From contig DATBJC010000089.1 in NCBI GenBank assembly GCA_036556625.1, positions 22,024 to 86,023 on the forward strand: 64,000 nucleotides of DNA, in the 5' to 3' direction. Numbering within the stretch: the first letter of the stretch is position 1; the number at the start of each line of letters is the position of its first letter. Source of the stretch: Gemmatimonadales bacterium. GTDB lineage: Bacteria > Gemmatimonadota > Gemmatimonadetes > Gemmatimonadales > GWC2-71-9. The position numbers and the translations under genes are program-made. The notes under the pieces were generated by a model. The model was not told the origin of the DNA. It was given only the letters and a program-made list of their open reading frames with translations, and made no database searches. This document shows, one piece after another, positions 33,484 through 44,162 of the stretch.

Positions 33484-35120
33484 GAGTTGTCATCCTGATC
33501 GTGGCCCTGTTCGTCTCAGCCGCCGCCCCTGCGCTGCCGCAGCAGACGCCGGCCCCGGCGGCGAGACCGTTGTCGCTGAGCCAGGCCCTGGATATCGCGG
33601 AACGGGAAAGCGAGTCGGTGGGCATCGCGGAACGCGATCTGGACCGGGCCGAGGGTGAGCGCCGTCGGGCCCGCAGTTCGTACTTCCCCCAGCTCAGCGG
33701 CTCGGCCTCGTATACCCGGACGCTGCGCAGTCAATTCTCGGCCCTTCAGGACGACAGCAGCGGCTCCGCCGCGCCTGCACCGGCGGAGTGCGATGCCTTC
33801 GTGCCGCGCCCCGGGCTGTCCATCGCGGAGCGGCTGGATTCGCTGGAAGCGGCGGTGGAATGCGCCAGCAATGCGGACCCATTCGCCGGCCTGGGCAACG
33901 ATCTGCCGTTCGGCCGGGAGAACAACTACCGTTTCGGGCTCTCGTTCTCCCAGACGTTGTTCAGCGGCGGTCGGGTCACCGGTCAGACCCAGGCGGCCAA
34001 TGCCAATGTCCGCGGAGCTGCCATCGGACTCACCTCGGCGCGGGCCCAGCTGCTCCTCGATGTGACTCAGGCCTATTACGATGCCGCGCTGGGGGACCGC
34101 CTGGTCGCGATCGCCCAGGCGACATTGAAGCAGGCGGATACCACGCTGAGTCAGACCCAGCTGGCCCGCCAGGTCGGCAACCAGTCGGAGTTCGATCTGC
34201 TGCGCGCGCGGGTCACCCGGGACAACCAGCGGCCGGTGGTGATCCAGCGGATCGCCGCCCGTGACCTCGCATACCACCAGCTCAAGAACCTCCTCAACCT
34301 GCCCCTGGAGCAGTCACTCCGGCTCACCAGCGAGCTGGTGGACACCGGGTTGATCCGGACCGCCCGCCTCGCCGAACTGGTGCAGACACCGGCGGACACC
34401 GGCACCGAAGCGCGGGCGCCGGTACGCCAGGCGACCGAAGCGGTCGTCTCGCAGCAGGGATTGCTCCGCGCCGCCCGGGCGCAGCGCTGGCCCCAGGTCT
34501 CGCTCAGCTCGGACTACGCCGAGCTCGGCTATCCCGAGGACGGTTCGCCCTTCGGGACCAACTATCTCTCCGACTGGGTTGTCGCGGTGGGGGTCGAAGT
34601 CCCGCTCTTCACCGGCGGCAGGATCAAGGGCGATGTGGCGGTGGCGCGCGCCAGCCTGGAGCAGGCCCGGCTTCGGCTGCAGCAGACCCGCGAACTGGCT
34701 CAGCTCGACGCGCGAAACACCCAGCTCCAGCTGGAGGCCGCGGTCGCCGCCTGGCAGGCGAGCGCCGGCACGGAAGAACAGGCGGATCGCGCGTATCAGA
34801 TCGCGGAGATCCGCTACCGGGAAGGCATCTCCACTCAGACCGAGCTGAACGATCTGCGTATCCAGCTGGCTCAGGCTCAAGCCACTCGGGCGCAGGCGGC
34901 GCGCGATCTCCAGGTGGCGAAGATGCGGCTGACACTCTTGCCATCGCTCCCGCTCAGCACCGTCGCCGCGGGCCAAGCCGCACCCGCCGGCGCGCCTGCG
35001 GTCGCGGCTCCCGGCGGGCAGAGTGGCACCGCCCAGCCTCCACCCTATCAGGCGCCCCGGCCGCAGCAGGCATCGGGGGTCCTCACCAGTACGCGACAGA
35101 CCGGAGTGGTCAGTCCATGA
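33480..35120 (+). CDS. Outer-membrane efflux protein (TolC/OprM family).
   Basis: Track ORF 32835..35120 is over-extended. The real start, ATG 33480, overlaps the tetR stop (ATGA). The signal peptide reads MRVVILIVALFVSAAAPALPQQ. Repeated TolC-type coiled-coil halves follow. Confidence 0.85.
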   Translation: MRVVILIVALFVSAAAPALPQQTPAPAARPLSLSQALDIAERESESVGIAERDLDRAEGERRRARSSYFPQLSGSASYTRTLRSQFSALQDDSSGSAAPAPAECDAFVPRPGLSIAERLDSLEAAVECASNADPFAGLGNDLPFGRENNYRFGLSFSQTLFSGGRVTGQTQAANANVRGAAIGLTSARAQLLLDVTQAYYDAALGDRLVAIAQATLKQADTTLSQTQLARQVGNQSEFDLLRARVTRDNQRPVVIQRIAARDLAYHQLKNLLNLPLEQSLRLTSELVDTGLIRTARLAELVQTPADTGTEARAPVRQATEAVVSQQGLLRAARAQRWPQVSLSSDYAELGYPEDGSPFGTNYLSDWVVAVGVEVPLFTGGRIKGDVAVARASLEQARLRLQQTRELAQLDARNTQLQLEAAVAAWQASAGTEEQADRAYQIAEIRYREGISTQTELNDLRIQLAQAQATRAQAARDLQVAKMRLTLLPSLPLSTVAAGQAAPAGAPAVAAPGGQSGTAQPPPYQAPRPQQASGVLTSTRQTGVVSP

Positions 35121-36229
35121 TTCGGCAACCTTGGTTCCTGGCCGCCGCCGCCGCGGTGCTCCTGGCCGGCTGCAAGGGCGAGGACGACGCGAGCGCGACC
35201 CCGAGCACGACGGAGACCGGCGAGGCTATCGTCACCGTCGGTCCCGAGAACGTCGCCGTGGCGACCATCGCGGAGCTGCGGAGCGGCCCCCCCATCTCCG
35301 GCTCGCTGGAGCCGGAGCAGGCAGCGACGGTCAGCGCGGAGGTCAGCGGCTCCGTCCTCCGGACCTACGCCGATGCCGGCCAGCGGGTAAAGCGGGGGCA
35401 GCTGCTCGCACGGCTGGACGATATCGCCGTGCGCGACGCATTTCTGTCGGCCAGATCGACGGTACGAAGCGCGGAGACGGCGCTCGAGCTGGCGAAACGG
35501 AACGCGGAGCGCTCCGAGCGGCTGGCGCAGGCCGGCGCCGTGGCCGAGCGGGACCTGGAGACCGCCCGCTGGGATGTCACCAACGCGGAGGGTACCCTGG
35601 CCGACGCGAGGGCCCGCCTCGCGAACGCGCAGGAGCAGCTGGAGGACACCCAGGTCCGGGCGCCGTTCGACGGGATCGTGAGCGAGCGGCCGATAGACGC
35701 CGGCGATGTGGTGCAGGTGGGTGGCGCGCTGTTTTCCATCGTCAATCCGAGCCGGCTTCGCCTCGAGGCGGCCGTGCCGGCGGAGCAGATCAGCCGGCTG
35801 CGCCAGGGCACCGAAGTGGAATTCACCGTGAGCGGGGTGGAGCGTCGAATCACCGGACGGATCGAGCGGATCAATCCGGTGGTGGACTCGGCGACTCGGC
35901 AGGTGCGGATCTACGTCTCGATTCCCAATCTCGACCAGGCACTGGTGGCGGGCCTCTTTGCGGAAGGCCGGGTCGCCACCGACACCAAGCGCGCCGTCGC
36001 CGTGCCGATCACATCCATCGACAGCAGAGGCAACAAGCCGACGGTGCACCTCCTCAAGGCGGGTCGGGTCACGGAGAGCCCGGTGGACCTGGGCGTCCGG
36101 GATGACGCCGCCGAGCTGGTGGAGGTGGTCGCCGGCGCCGCCGAGGGGGACACGGTGCTGCTGGGCTCGGCGCAGGGAATCACGCCTGGCAGTCGGGTGC
36201 GGGTGCTGAAGGAGGAGGCGGGCCGGTAA
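35117..36229 (+). CDS. RND efflux periplasmic adaptor (membrane fusion protein, HlyD-like) lipoprotein.
   Basis: 370-aa ORF with an LLAGC lipobox. It shows lipoyl/hairpin architecture (VRAPFDGIVSERPIDAGDVV). Confidence 0.9.
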   Translation: MIRQPWFLAAAAAVLLAGCKGEDDASATPSTTETGEAIVTVGPENVAVATIAELRSGPPISGSLEPEQAATVSAEVSGSVLRTYADAGQRVKRGQLLARLDDIAVRDAFLSARSTVRSAETALELAKRNAERSERLAQAGAVAERDLETARWDVTNAEGTLADARARLANAQEQLEDTQVRAPFDGIVSERPIDAGDVVQVGGALFSIVNPSRLRLEAAVPAEQISRLRQGTEVEFTVSGVERRITGRIERINPVVDSATRQVRIYVSIPNLDQALVAGLFAEGRVATDTKRAVAVPITSIDSRGNKPTVHLLKAGRVTESPVDLGVRDDAAELVEVVAGAAEGDTVLLGSAQGITPGSRVRVLKEEAGR

Positions 36230-39200
36230 TGTTCATCTCCGATTTCGCGATTCATCGGCCGATCGTCACCATCACCGCGATGGTGGCCCTGGTTGCGTTC
36301 GGCATCGCCGCGCTGATCAATCTCAATACCGACGAGTTTCCGGACATCCAGCAGCCGATCATCGGGGTCACCATCCTCTACCCCGGGGCGTCGCCGGAGA
36401 CCGTGGAGCGCGAGATCGTGGACCCGATCGAAGAGTCGTTCTCCACGATCAGCGGGGTGGACTGGGCCAAGACTCAGTCGAGCGCCACCGACGGGCTGGC
36501 CCAGTTCACCGTCTTCTTCGACTTCGAGAAGGACGTGCAGGAGGCGTCGCAGGACATCCGCGACGCCATCTCGACCAAGCGGGACGACCTGCCCACCGAG
36601 ATGGAGGAGCCGGTCCTCACCCGGTTCGATCCCTCCCAGCAATCGGTGCTCTCCCTCGCGCTTACCTCCTCTCAGATCCCGGCCGCGGTGCTCACCCGCA
36701 TTGCCGATCCGATGATCGTGCGCGATCTCCGCACCGTGCCCGGCGTCGCGCAGGTGACCGTCGTCGGAGGACTGGAGCGTGAGCTCACGGTCCAGATTCG
36801 GCCCACCGACATGCAGGCGGCGGGTATCAGCGTCGCCGAGGTGGTCGCCGCGCTGGAGCAACAGAACCTGGCGGCGCCGGTGGGGCGACTCAACAGCGCC
36901 CTCAACGAGCAGGCGATCCGTCTCAAGGGCCGGCTGGATACGCCACAGGACTTCGCCAAGCTGGTGGTGGCGGAGCGGGACGGACAGGTGATCCGGCTGG
37001 GCCAGATCGCCACGGCGCTCGACGGCACCGAAGAACAGCGGGACCAGGCGCTCTTCAACGGCCGCGAGGCGGTCGGGATCGAGGTCCTCAAGGCCAAGGG
37101 CTACAGCACCACCCAGGTGACCGACGTGCTTCACCGGCACATCCTGCAATTGCAGGAGCGGATGCCGCCGGGTGCGAAACTGGAGGTGGTGCAGGATGCC
37201 GGCACCCGGGTGCACAACGCCGTGCGGAATGTGCAGGAGGCCCTGATCGAGGGCGCGCTGCTGACGGTGTTGGTGGTCTTCCTCTTCCTCAACTCCTGGC
37301 GCTCGACCGTGATCACCGGCCTGGCGCTGCCGGTGAGCGTGCTGGCGTCTTTCATCGCGGTGTGGGCCTTCGGCTTCACCCTGAACACGATGTCCCTGAT
37401 GGGGCTCTCGCTCGCGATCGGCATCCTGATCGACGACGCCATCGTGGTGCGGGAGAACATCGTCCGGCATATCGAAATGGGAAAGGACCACTACGAGGCG
37501 TCGCGGGAGGGCACCGACGAGATCGGCCTGGCCGTGACCGCCACCACGTTCTCCATCGTCGCGGTGTTCGTGCCGGTGGCCTTCATGTACGGCATCTCGG
37601 GTCAGTGGTTCAAGCCGTTCGCGCTGACGATCGCCTGCTCGGTGCTGGTATCGCTCTTCGTCTCCTTCTCGCTCGACCCGATGCTGTCGGCCTACTGGGC
37701 CGACCCTCAGACCGAGGCGCATGAGCGGCGCAATCCGATCGCCCGGGCCCTGGACCGGTTCAACCGGTGGTTCGACCGGATGGCCGACCGCTACAAGGGC
37801 GTCATCGCCTGGGCGCTGGACCATCGGCTGATGATGGTGGGACTCGCGCTGGGCACCTTCCTCGCCGCGCTGACCATCCCGGCTCGCGGCATTCTGGCCG
37901 CGCTGGTCGTGCTCGCCGGACTCTGGGGTGCGTTCTGGATTCTCCAGAAGCCGCTGCTCGCCCGGCTCGGCACGGTCCGTGGAGTGGCGGTGAAGGTCGT
38001 AGGAGTGCTCGGCGTGCTGGCGCTGATGGGCTTCCTGGTGCCGCGGGTCCCGGTGATCGGCCAGGTCGGCGCCGGATTCGTGCCGGTGAGCGACCGGAGC
38101 GAGATCAGCATGATCGTGGAGGCGCCGCCGGGCTCGAACCTGGAGTACACCCGGATCAAGGCGGAAGAGGCGGCGCGCCGGGCCCGAGCGCACCGTGAGG
38201 TGGCCTATACCTACACCACGGTCGGAACGCCGGTGCCGTTGCGCACACCCTCCGTGGATCAGGCGCTGGTCTACGTCAAGCTGATTCCCAAGGCGGAGCG
38301 GGAGCTCCACCAGGAGGAGCTGGGTCAGATCCTCCGCGACGAGATGAAGCAGGTGGGTGGCGCCCAGGTGTCAGTCTTCACCAGCGGCTTCGGCGGCGCC
38401 TTCAAGCAGATCCAGATTCAGATGAAGGGCGACGACGCTCGGGTGCTTACGGTGCTGGCCCAGCGCGCCGCCCAGGAGATCGTGGCCAAAGTGCCGGGCG
38501 CGGTGGACGTGGGCCTGTCCACCCGGGGACAGAAGCCGGAGCTGGAGATCCAGCTCAATCGCGGGCTCGCCGGCTCGCTCGGCATTACGGTGGGGCAGGT
38601 GGCGCAGTCGCTCCGGCCCGCCTTCGCGGGTATCGACGCCGGCGACTGGGTGGACCCCTCGGGCGAAACCCGCGACGTCACGGTGCGGCTCGCACCTGGG
38701 GCGCGGGAACGAGTGACCGACCTGGCGCAGCTTCCGCTGGTCGCGGGGACCGGACCGAACGGTGCGCCTTCGACCCTTCCGCTGGGCCAGGTCGCCACCA
38801 TCCGGCCAGGGCTCGGGCCGGCCCAGATCGATCACCTCGACCGGGACAAGGTGGTCATCATCCAGGCCAACGTCTCCGGACGCCCGCTGACCCAGGTAAC
38901 CAACGATATCCGGGCCGGTCTGGCCCGGCTCAACCTGCCGCCGGGCTACGAGATCACCTACGGCGGCGAATCCCAGGATCAGGCCGAGGTCTTCACCGAC
39001 ATCTTTACCGCGCTCGGTGTGGCGGTCCTGTTGATGTATCTCATCCTGGTGGTGCAGTTCGGCTCCTTCCTCGATCCGCTGGCGATTCTGGTCTCCCTCC
39101 CACTCTCCCTGATCGGCGTGGTGCTGGCGCTGTGGGTCACCCGGGACACGCTGAACATCATGAGTCTCATCGGCGTCATTCTGCTCATGGGCATCGTCGC

Positions 39201-39561
39201 CAAGAACGCGATCCTCCTGATCGACTTCGCCAAGTGGGCCCGGGAGCGCGGTATGGCCTTGCGAGAAGCGCTGATCGACGCCGGCCGCATCCGGCTCCGG
39301 CCCATCATCATGACCACCCTCGCCCTCATCGCGGGCATGATCCCGGTGGCCATCGGACATGGGGAGGGCGCCGACTTCCGGGCCCCACTGGGCCGCGCGG
39401 TGATCGGCGGGACGCTCACGTCCACCCTGCTCACGCTGCTGGTGATCCCGACCGTGTACGAGATCCTGGATGACTTCCGGTCCTGGGCGATGGCGAAGTT
39501 CAGGCGTCGCGTGGCCGTAGGGGCGGCGCAGCCGGCGCCCACGCCTGCTTCCCGTGACTGA
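36229..39561 (+). CDS. RND efflux pump inner-membrane permease (AcrB/HAE family).
   Basis: 1110-aa ORF. The N-terminus reads [25 protein letters not shown]. Twelve-TM and large-loop architecture is evident. Confidence 0.95.
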   Translation: MFISDFAIHRPIVTITAMVALVAFGIAALINLNTDEFPDIQQPIIGVTILYPGASPETVEREIVDPIEESFSTISGVDWAKTQSSATDGLAQFTVFFDFEKDVQEASQDIRDAISTKRDDLPTEMEEPVLTRFDPSQQSVLSLALTSSQIPAAVLTRIADPMIVRDLRTVPGVAQVTVVGGLERELTVQIRPTDMQAAGISVAEVVAALEQQNLAAPVGRLNSALNEQAIRLKGRLDTPQDFAKLVVAERDGQVIRLGQIATALDGTEEQRDQALFNGREAVGIEVLKAKGYSTTQVTDVLHRHILQLQERMPPGAKLEVVQDAGTRVHNAVRNVQEALIEGALLTVLVVFLFLNSWRSTVITGLALPVSVLASFIAVWAFGFTLNTMSLMGLSLAIGILIDDAIVVRENIVRHIEMGKDHYEASREGTDEIGLAVTATTFSIVAVFVPVAFMYGISGQWFKPFALTIACSVLVSLFVSFSLDPMLSAYWADPQTEAHERRNPIARALDRFNRWFDRMADRYKGVIAWALDHRLMMVGLALGTFLAALTIPARGILAALVVLAGLWGAFWILQKPLLARLGTVRGVAVKVVGVLGVLALMGFLVPRVPVIGQVGAGFVPVSDRSEISMIVEAPPGSNLEYTRIKAEEAARRARAHREVAYTYTTVGTPVPLRTPSVDQALVYVKLIPKAERELHQEELGQILRDEMKQVGGAQVSVFTSGFGGAFKQIQIQMKGDDARVLTVLAQRAAQEIVAKVPGAVDVGLSTRGQKPELEIQLNRGLAGSLGITVGQVAQSLRPAFAGIDAGDWVDPSGETRDVTVRLAPGARERVTDLAQLPLVAGTGPNGAPSTLPLGQVATIRPGLGPAQIDHLDRDKVVIIQANVSGRPLTQVTNDIRAGLARLNLPPGYEITYGGESQDQAEVFTDIFTALGVAVLLMYLILVVQFGSFLDPLAILVSLPLSLIGVVLALWVTRDTLNIMSLIGVILLMGIVAKNAILLIDFAKWARERGMALREALIDAGRIRLRPIIMTTLALIAGMIPVAIGHGEGADFRAPLGRAVIGGTLTSTLLTLLVIPTVYEILDDFRSWAMAKFRRRVAVGAAQPAPTPASRD

Positions 39562-39711
39562 GCGGGCGTCTCCGCAAAGTTGAGATCTCGAAGAATCACC
39601 ACCAAGGCACAGAGGGCACGGATCACGACCGGTTGCCGTCACTGTGTCCCACCGTATAGCTTCCCCGACCGATCCACTTCGTCCGATCACCCCCTCGAGT
39701 CGCCGAGCGCT

Positions 39712-41211
39712 ATGCCGTTGGAGACCGCCGTCGTCCGTGCCGCTCCGGACGGCCATCAGACGCCGATGTTGGCCATCGCCGTGGCGCGGGGGCCGCTGCC
39801 GGCGTCGCTCGCGAGTCTCGATCGCGCCGCCGGCGGCGCCTTGCAGCGCCTGGCGACGGCGGGTGACTTCACCGGCAAGCGCGACGAGACGGCGCTGGTC
39901 TACCCCACCGGTCCGGCAGGGCGGATCATGCTGGTCGGGATGGGAAAACCGGACGAAGTCAGTCGCTCGGCGATCCGCCGGGCTGCGTCCGTCGCCGCCA
40001 AGCGCATCCGAGGGCTCGGCATCGTCCAGGCGTCCTTTCATCTGCCGGCCGAGTCGCGCGGCGGCGTGTCTCCCGCCGACGCGGGGCAGGCGATCGCCGA
40101 AGGCCTCGCCCAGGGTGCCTGGCAATTCCTCGAGATGAAGCGGCCCGGCGAAGAAAAGAAGCCCCCACTGGAGCGGGTGGAGCTGCTCGCCGCCGAGGAT
40201 CATGAGGCGTTCGCCGCCGGCCACCGGATCGGAGCGGCGCTGGGACTCGGCCAGGCCCTCGCCCGGGGGATCCAGGTGCTGCCGGGCAACATCTGCACGC
40301 CGACCTACGTAGGTCGGGCCGCCGAGGAGCTGGCGGCCCGCCACGGCTTCGGGGTCACCGTCCTCGACAAGGCCGCCATCGTCCGCGAGAAGATGGGTGC
40401 CCTCCTCGCGGTGGCGCAGGGCAGCGTGGAAGAGCCCCGCTTCATCGTGCTCGACTACCAGGGCGCCGAGGGAGCGCCGATCGTGCTGGTGGGGAAAGGT
40501 GTGACCTTCGACACCGGCGGCATCTCCATCAAGCCGGCCCAGAACATGGAGGATATGAAGTACGACATGTCGGGCGCCGCCGCGGTGCTCGGCACCTTCG
40601 AGGTGCTGGGCCGGTTGAAGCCGGCCGCTCACGTGATCGGGCTGATCCCCAGCACCGAGAACATGCCGTCGGGCACCGCCGTCAAGCCGGGGGATGTCGT
40701 CACCAGCCATCTGGGAAAGACCATCGAGGTCATCAACACCGATGCCGAGGGCCGGCTGATCCTGTGCGACGCACTCTCCTGGGCCCGGCGGTATCAGCCC
40801 GCGTGCGTCATCGACATCGCCACGCTGACCGGCGCCATCGTCGTCGCCCTGGGCAACTCGGCTGCCGGCGTGATGGGCAGCGACGACCCCCTGGTGGAGG
40901 AGCTGCGTCAGGCAGGTGACCGGGCCGGCGAGCGGGTCTGGCCGCTGCCGCTCTGGGACGAGTACCGCGACCTCATGAAGTCCGACATCGCGGACGTGAA
41001 GAACGCCGGCGGTCGGCCCGCCGGCAGCATCTCGGCCGGCTGGTTCCTCCGCGAGTTCGCGGACGGGTTTCCCTGGGCTCATCTGGACATCGCGGGCACG
41101 GCGTATACCGATCGGGAGGACGCCGCCAGGGTGAAGGGTCCGACCGGCATCGGGGTGCGACTGTTCAGCGAGTTCGTGCTGAACCGCAGCGGTAAGGCAG
41201 CCAAAGCGTGA
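39712..41211 (+). CDS. pepA: Leucyl aminopeptidase (M17).
   Basis: Track ORF 39580..41211. The preferred start is ATG 39712. It reads VGKGVTFDTGGISIKP and the signature NTDAEGRLILCDAL. Confidence 0.9.
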   Translation: MPLETAVVRAAPDGHQTPMLAIAVARGPLPASLASLDRAAGGALQRLATAGDFTGKRDETALVYPTGPAGRIMLVGMGKPDEVSRSAIRRAASVAAKRIRGLGIVQASFHLPAESRGGVSPADAGQAIAEGLAQGAWQFLEMKRPGEEKKPPLERVELLAAEDHEAFAAGHRIGAALGLGQALARGIQVLPGNICTPTYVGRAAEELAARHGFGVTVLDKAAIVREKMGALLAVAQGSVEEPRFIVLDYQGAEGAPIVLVGKGVTFDTGGISIKPAQNMEDMKYDMSGAAAVLGTFEVLGRLKPAAHVIGLIPSTENMPSGTAVKPGDVVTSHLGKTIEVINTDAEGRLILCDALSWARRYQPACVIDIATLTGAIVVALGNSAAGVMGSDDPLVEELRQAGDRAGERVWPLPLWDEYRDLMKSDIADVKNAGGRPAGSISAGWFLREFADGFPWAHLDIAGTAYTDREDAARVKGPTGIGVRLFSEFVLNRSGKAAKA

Positions 41212-41329
41212 AGGTGACAAGCGCGTGAAGGGTCAAGCGTGAAGCGTGAAGCGGAAGGCCCACCACTGGCCGCCGGCTCGTGGAATAGATGGTTCCTCCT
41301 CTTCACGCTTTACGCTTCACCCTTCACGC
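41206..41329. repeat. Cluster of GCGTGAAG motifs that forms a 32-nt-arm imperfect inverted repeat.
   Basis: GCGTGAAG occurs at 41206, 41223, 41237 and 41244 on the plus strand. Its complement CTTCACGC occurs at 41301 and 41322, with a partial copy at about 41313. The arms 41223-41254 and 41298-41329 are complementary at 29 of 32 positions, with a 43-nt spacer. Confidence 0.8.
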
Positions 41330-43089
41330 TGTTCTCCAGTCCTGTTCTCGCGCAGGACCTGGAAGACACCCTGGCCGCCGACTCGCTGGCCCAAGACACG
41401 GTGGACTACACTGCACGGTTCCTCGAAGCCCAGCAGCAGGTCGGCGTCCGCGCACCGGTGCTGCCGCTGCTGGAGTTCCCCGGTCCCCGTCCAGCGCTCA
41501 CCCGCACGGTCTTTACCCGCGACTCGATCGAGTGGGGACATGCGGTCACCGTCGGTGATCTGCTCTCCCAGATCCCGGGCGTTTATCTCTGGCGGGGCGG
41601 GTTCATCGGCCGTCCCGAGCCGGTGAACTTTCAGGCCCGCGGCGCCACGTCCGCGGAGTATTACCTCGACGGCCTCCCCTTCGTGCCTGCGGGCGTGGAC
41701 AGCGTCGGCGTGGATCCGGCGCTGTTCTCCATCAGCTTCCTGGATCGCATCGAGGTCGAGCGCTGGCCCGGGCTGCTCCGGGTGCACCTGTCCACCCGGC
41801 GACACGATCGACTGGCGCCCCGGTCTCGCATCGGGATCGCCCGGGGCGATGGCGACTTCGCCCGCTACGAGGGGTCGTTGGAGCGCCGCTTCGCCAACGG
41901 GATCGGCTTCGGGGCCGCCGGCGACTACCTCAATTCGCCCACGGCCACCGGAGCCTCCAGCGATTACTCGAATACCCAGCTGTGGCTCCAGGGGAGTTAC
42001 CTGCCCACGCCCCGGATCGGCCTGCAGTACCAGCTGGTGCGGACCGGCCCGAACCGGCGGGCATTCGTCGTCTCCGATCCGGTGCCCAACGACACCATTG
42101 GCCCGCGCTTCGACGCCGCGCGCACCGACGTCCAGTTTCGGGGATCCTGGCACTCGCGTGACGATGGGATCGGACCACGGATCGATCTGGTGTATGGACG
42201 GACCGGCCTGAAGGGCGAGGACCTGGAGCAGCAGATCAATCAGGTCGGTGGAGCCCTCTCGTATCGGACGCCGACGTTTTCCATCGGCGGCTCGGCCTAC
42301 CATCGGACCCGATGGACCTCGCTCGACCTGAGAGGCACGGCAGGGTGGAACCCGCTGCCGGTATTCGCCGCCAGCGCGGAGGCCGTCCACCAACAGCACG
42401 ACGGCGCGCGAAGCTCCGACTACGTCCTGGTCTCGGCGGGTCTCCAGCCGATCCGCGGGCTCTCGCTCACCGGCTCGGCGCGTCTGGGCGAGCTGGTGGC
42501 AGCCCCCGCGGTCCTGGCCGATACCGCGCAGAAGCTCAGAGACTACGAGGCCGCCCTCGGGTGGGACCGCGCGCGTCTCGGCTTCCGGGTGGGCCTCAGC
42601 CGCACCGCGTCGTTCAGTCCTTTCGGCTACGCGGAGTTTCCTCGGATTGCCGCGATCGGAGCCGTCCCAACAACCGAGTGGGTTACCGCGCAGGTCCGGC
42701 TGGCGCCGGTTCGGTGGATCACGCTCGAGGGCTGGTACAGTGATCCGCGGGACCTGGTCCCCGAAGGGATTCCGCCCACTCACTCGATGATGGCCTTCAC
42801 CCTCCGCTCCAAGTTTCTGCGACAGTTCCCCAGCGGCAGCTTCGACCTCAAGCTGCGGCTGAGCATGGAGTCGTGGGGCACCGGCGTCATCGGACGCGAC
42901 GCGGGGGGCGTCCCGATCAGGCTTCGGGGCGCGACCTTCTTCCGGAGCCTGGTGGAGATTCAGCTGCAGAGCTTCCGGCTGTTCTGGGATCGGGGGAACC
43001 TCAGCGCTACCAATCTGACCTATGTCCCGGGGTTCGAGATTCCTTCCTACGGGACGGTGTTCGGGGTCCGATGGGAGTTCCTAAACTAG
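41239..43089 (+). CDS. Outer-membrane beta-barrel protein with a TonB-dependent-receptor plug-like N-terminal domain.
   Basis: 616-aa ORF. The signal-like region reads WFLLFTLYASPFTLFSSPVLAQD. The plug-like segment reads VTVGDLLSQIPGVYLWRGG...ARGATSAEYYLDGLP...IEVERWPG. The start codon (GTG 41239) is uncertain. Confidence 0.55.
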   Translation: MKREAEGPPLAAGSWNRWFLLFTLYASPFTLFSSPVLAQDLEDTLAADSLAQDTVDYTARFLEAQQQVGVRAPVLPLLEFPGPRPALTRTVFTRDSIEWGHAVTVGDLLSQIPGVYLWRGGFIGRPEPVNFQARGATSAEYYLDGLPFVPAGVDSVGVDPALFSISFLDRIEVERWPGLLRVHLSTRRHDRLAPRSRIGIARGDGDFARYEGSLERRFANGIGFGAAGDYLNSPTATGASSDYSNTQLWLQGSYLPTPRIGLQYQLVRTGPNRRAFVVSDPVPNDTIGPRFDAARTDVQFRGSWHSRDDGIGPRIDLVYGRTGLKGEDLEQQINQVGGALSYRTPTFSIGGSAYHRTRWTSLDLRGTAGWNPLPVFAASAEAVHQQHDGARSSDYVLVSAGLQPIRGLSLTGSARLGELVAAPAVLADTAQKLRDYEAALGWDRARLGFRVGLSRTASFSPFGYAEFPRIAAIGAVPTTEWVTAQVRLAPVRWITLEGWYSDPRDLVPEGIPPTHSMMAFTLRSKFLRQFPSGSFDLKLRLSMESWGTGVIGRDAGGVPIRLRGATFFRSLVEIQLQSFRLFWDRGNLSATNLTYVPGFEIPSYGTVFGVRWEFLN

Positions 43090-43138
43090 ATTAGATGAAT
43101 ATCGTAATCTCCTGCTGGTCGAGCATTTAGAAAGATGC

Positions 43139-43187
43139 CACCCTGAGCGAGCGAAGCGGCTTCGTCCCCCTCGCTACGCCCAGGGTG
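43139..43187. repeat. REP-like compound hairpin element.
   Basis: The sequence caccctgagcgag cgaagcggcttcg tccccctcgct acgcc cagggtg has nested complementary arms: caccctg/cagggtg, agcgag/ctcgct and cgaag/cttcg. Confidence 0.5.
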
Positions 43188-43298
43188 AGGCTGTCGTCCT
43201 TCGCGCGCGGCACGCTGCCCAACTCCCTACCAACCGAGGGCGTTTCAGGATAAATTTTAGGGCTATCCCGCGACCAGGGAGGTCCTCTGCCGTACAGC

Positions 43299-44162
43299 AT
43301 GACCGGCTTCGGCGCGGCCGAGGGCGCGGTGGCGGGTGGCTGGATCCGCCTCGAGATCCGCACCGTCAATCACCGGCACTTCAATCTCGCCGCCAAGCTG
43401 CCGGGCGAGCTGGCCGTACTGGAAGGCGAGTTGCGCGAGCGGCTGCGCCGGGAGTTCGATCGGGGGCACGTGGCGGTGCAGGGCAGATGGACCGAGCATC
43501 CCGCGCGAACCCTCGGCTTCACCGTGGACCTGGAGCGGGCCCGGTTGGTCACCGAGCGCCTGCGCGATCTGCAAGGTGCCCTGGGGCTGAGTGGCGAGGT
43601 GACGCTGGAGCTGGTGGCACGGCAGCCGGAGGTGGTGTCGCTTTCCGGCAACGATGCGCCCGAGGTGTCCTGGGGCGAGCTGGAGCCGGTGGTGGCCCGG
43701 GCAGCCGCCGAATGCCGGACGATGCGCGCTCGCGAAGGTGAAGCGCTCGCCGCCGAGCTGCGCCACCGGCTGGATCTGTTGGAGCTGGCCGGCCAGCGAG
43801 TCGCCGCCCGGGCACCGGAGCGATTGACCCGGGAGCGGGATCGCTTGCGGGCCGCAGTGGCCGAGTTGCTGGATGGCCGCCCGGTCGACGACGCCCGGCT
43901 GGCCCAGGAGCTGGCCTTCCAGGCGGATCGGCTCGACATCACCGAGGAGCTGGTCCGGTTCCGGGCCCACCTTGCCGCCGCGCGCGCAGCGTTGGCGTCC
44001 GACCGACCGGCCGGCAAGCAGCTCGGCTTCCTGGCCCAGGAGCTCGGCCGGGAGGTGAACACGATGGGAGCCAAGGCGAATGACGCGGAAATCGCGCACG
44101 AGATCATCGCCATGAAGGGAGAACTCGAAAAGTTCCGGGAACAGCTCGAGAACCTCGAGTGA
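43299..44162 (+). CDS. yicC: YicC-family stress-induced protein.
   Basis: 287-aa ORF reading MTGFGAAEG...IRTVNHRHFNL, with a C-terminal LGREVNTMGAKAND motif. Confidence 0.9.
   Translation: MTGFGAAEGAVAGGWIRLEIRTVNHRHFNLAAKLPGELAVLEGELRERLRREFDRGHVAVQGRWTEHPARTLGFTVDLERARLVTERLRDLQGALGLSGEVTLELVARQPEVVSLSGNDAPEVSWGELEPVVARAAAECRTMRAREGEALAAELRHRLDLLELAGQRVAARAPERLTRERDRLRAAVAELLDGRPVDDARLAQELAFQADRLDITEELVRFRAHLAAARAALASDRPAGKQLGFLAQELGREVNTMGAKANDAEIAHEIIAMKGELEKFREQLENLE

Noticed and set aside
32835-35120. Track ORF predicting a single 761-aa protein that spans tetR and the TolC-like gene.
   Set aside because: The first 215 codons overlap tetR in another frame and encode an Arg/Pro-rich nonsense-like sequence. 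A clean signal peptide begins at ATG 33480, which overlaps the tetR stop. The same over-extension logic was applied to 53618..55360 (pgk), 61356..62276 (secG), 62116..63429 (carA), 50179..51042 (tsaC), 15185..16069, 20850..22487, 22217..23254 and 23074..24303.
35911-41220. Very long minus-strand ORFs (35911..38310, 799 aa, and 38371..41220, 949 aa) lying opposite the RND pump and pepA genes.
   Set aside because: Their translations are Arg/Gly/His/Pro/Asp-rich low-complexity strings with no recognisable motifs. The plus strand encodes unmistakable AcrB-family and M17 aminopeptidase proteins. Such shadow ORFs are expected on the antisense strand of high-GC genes.
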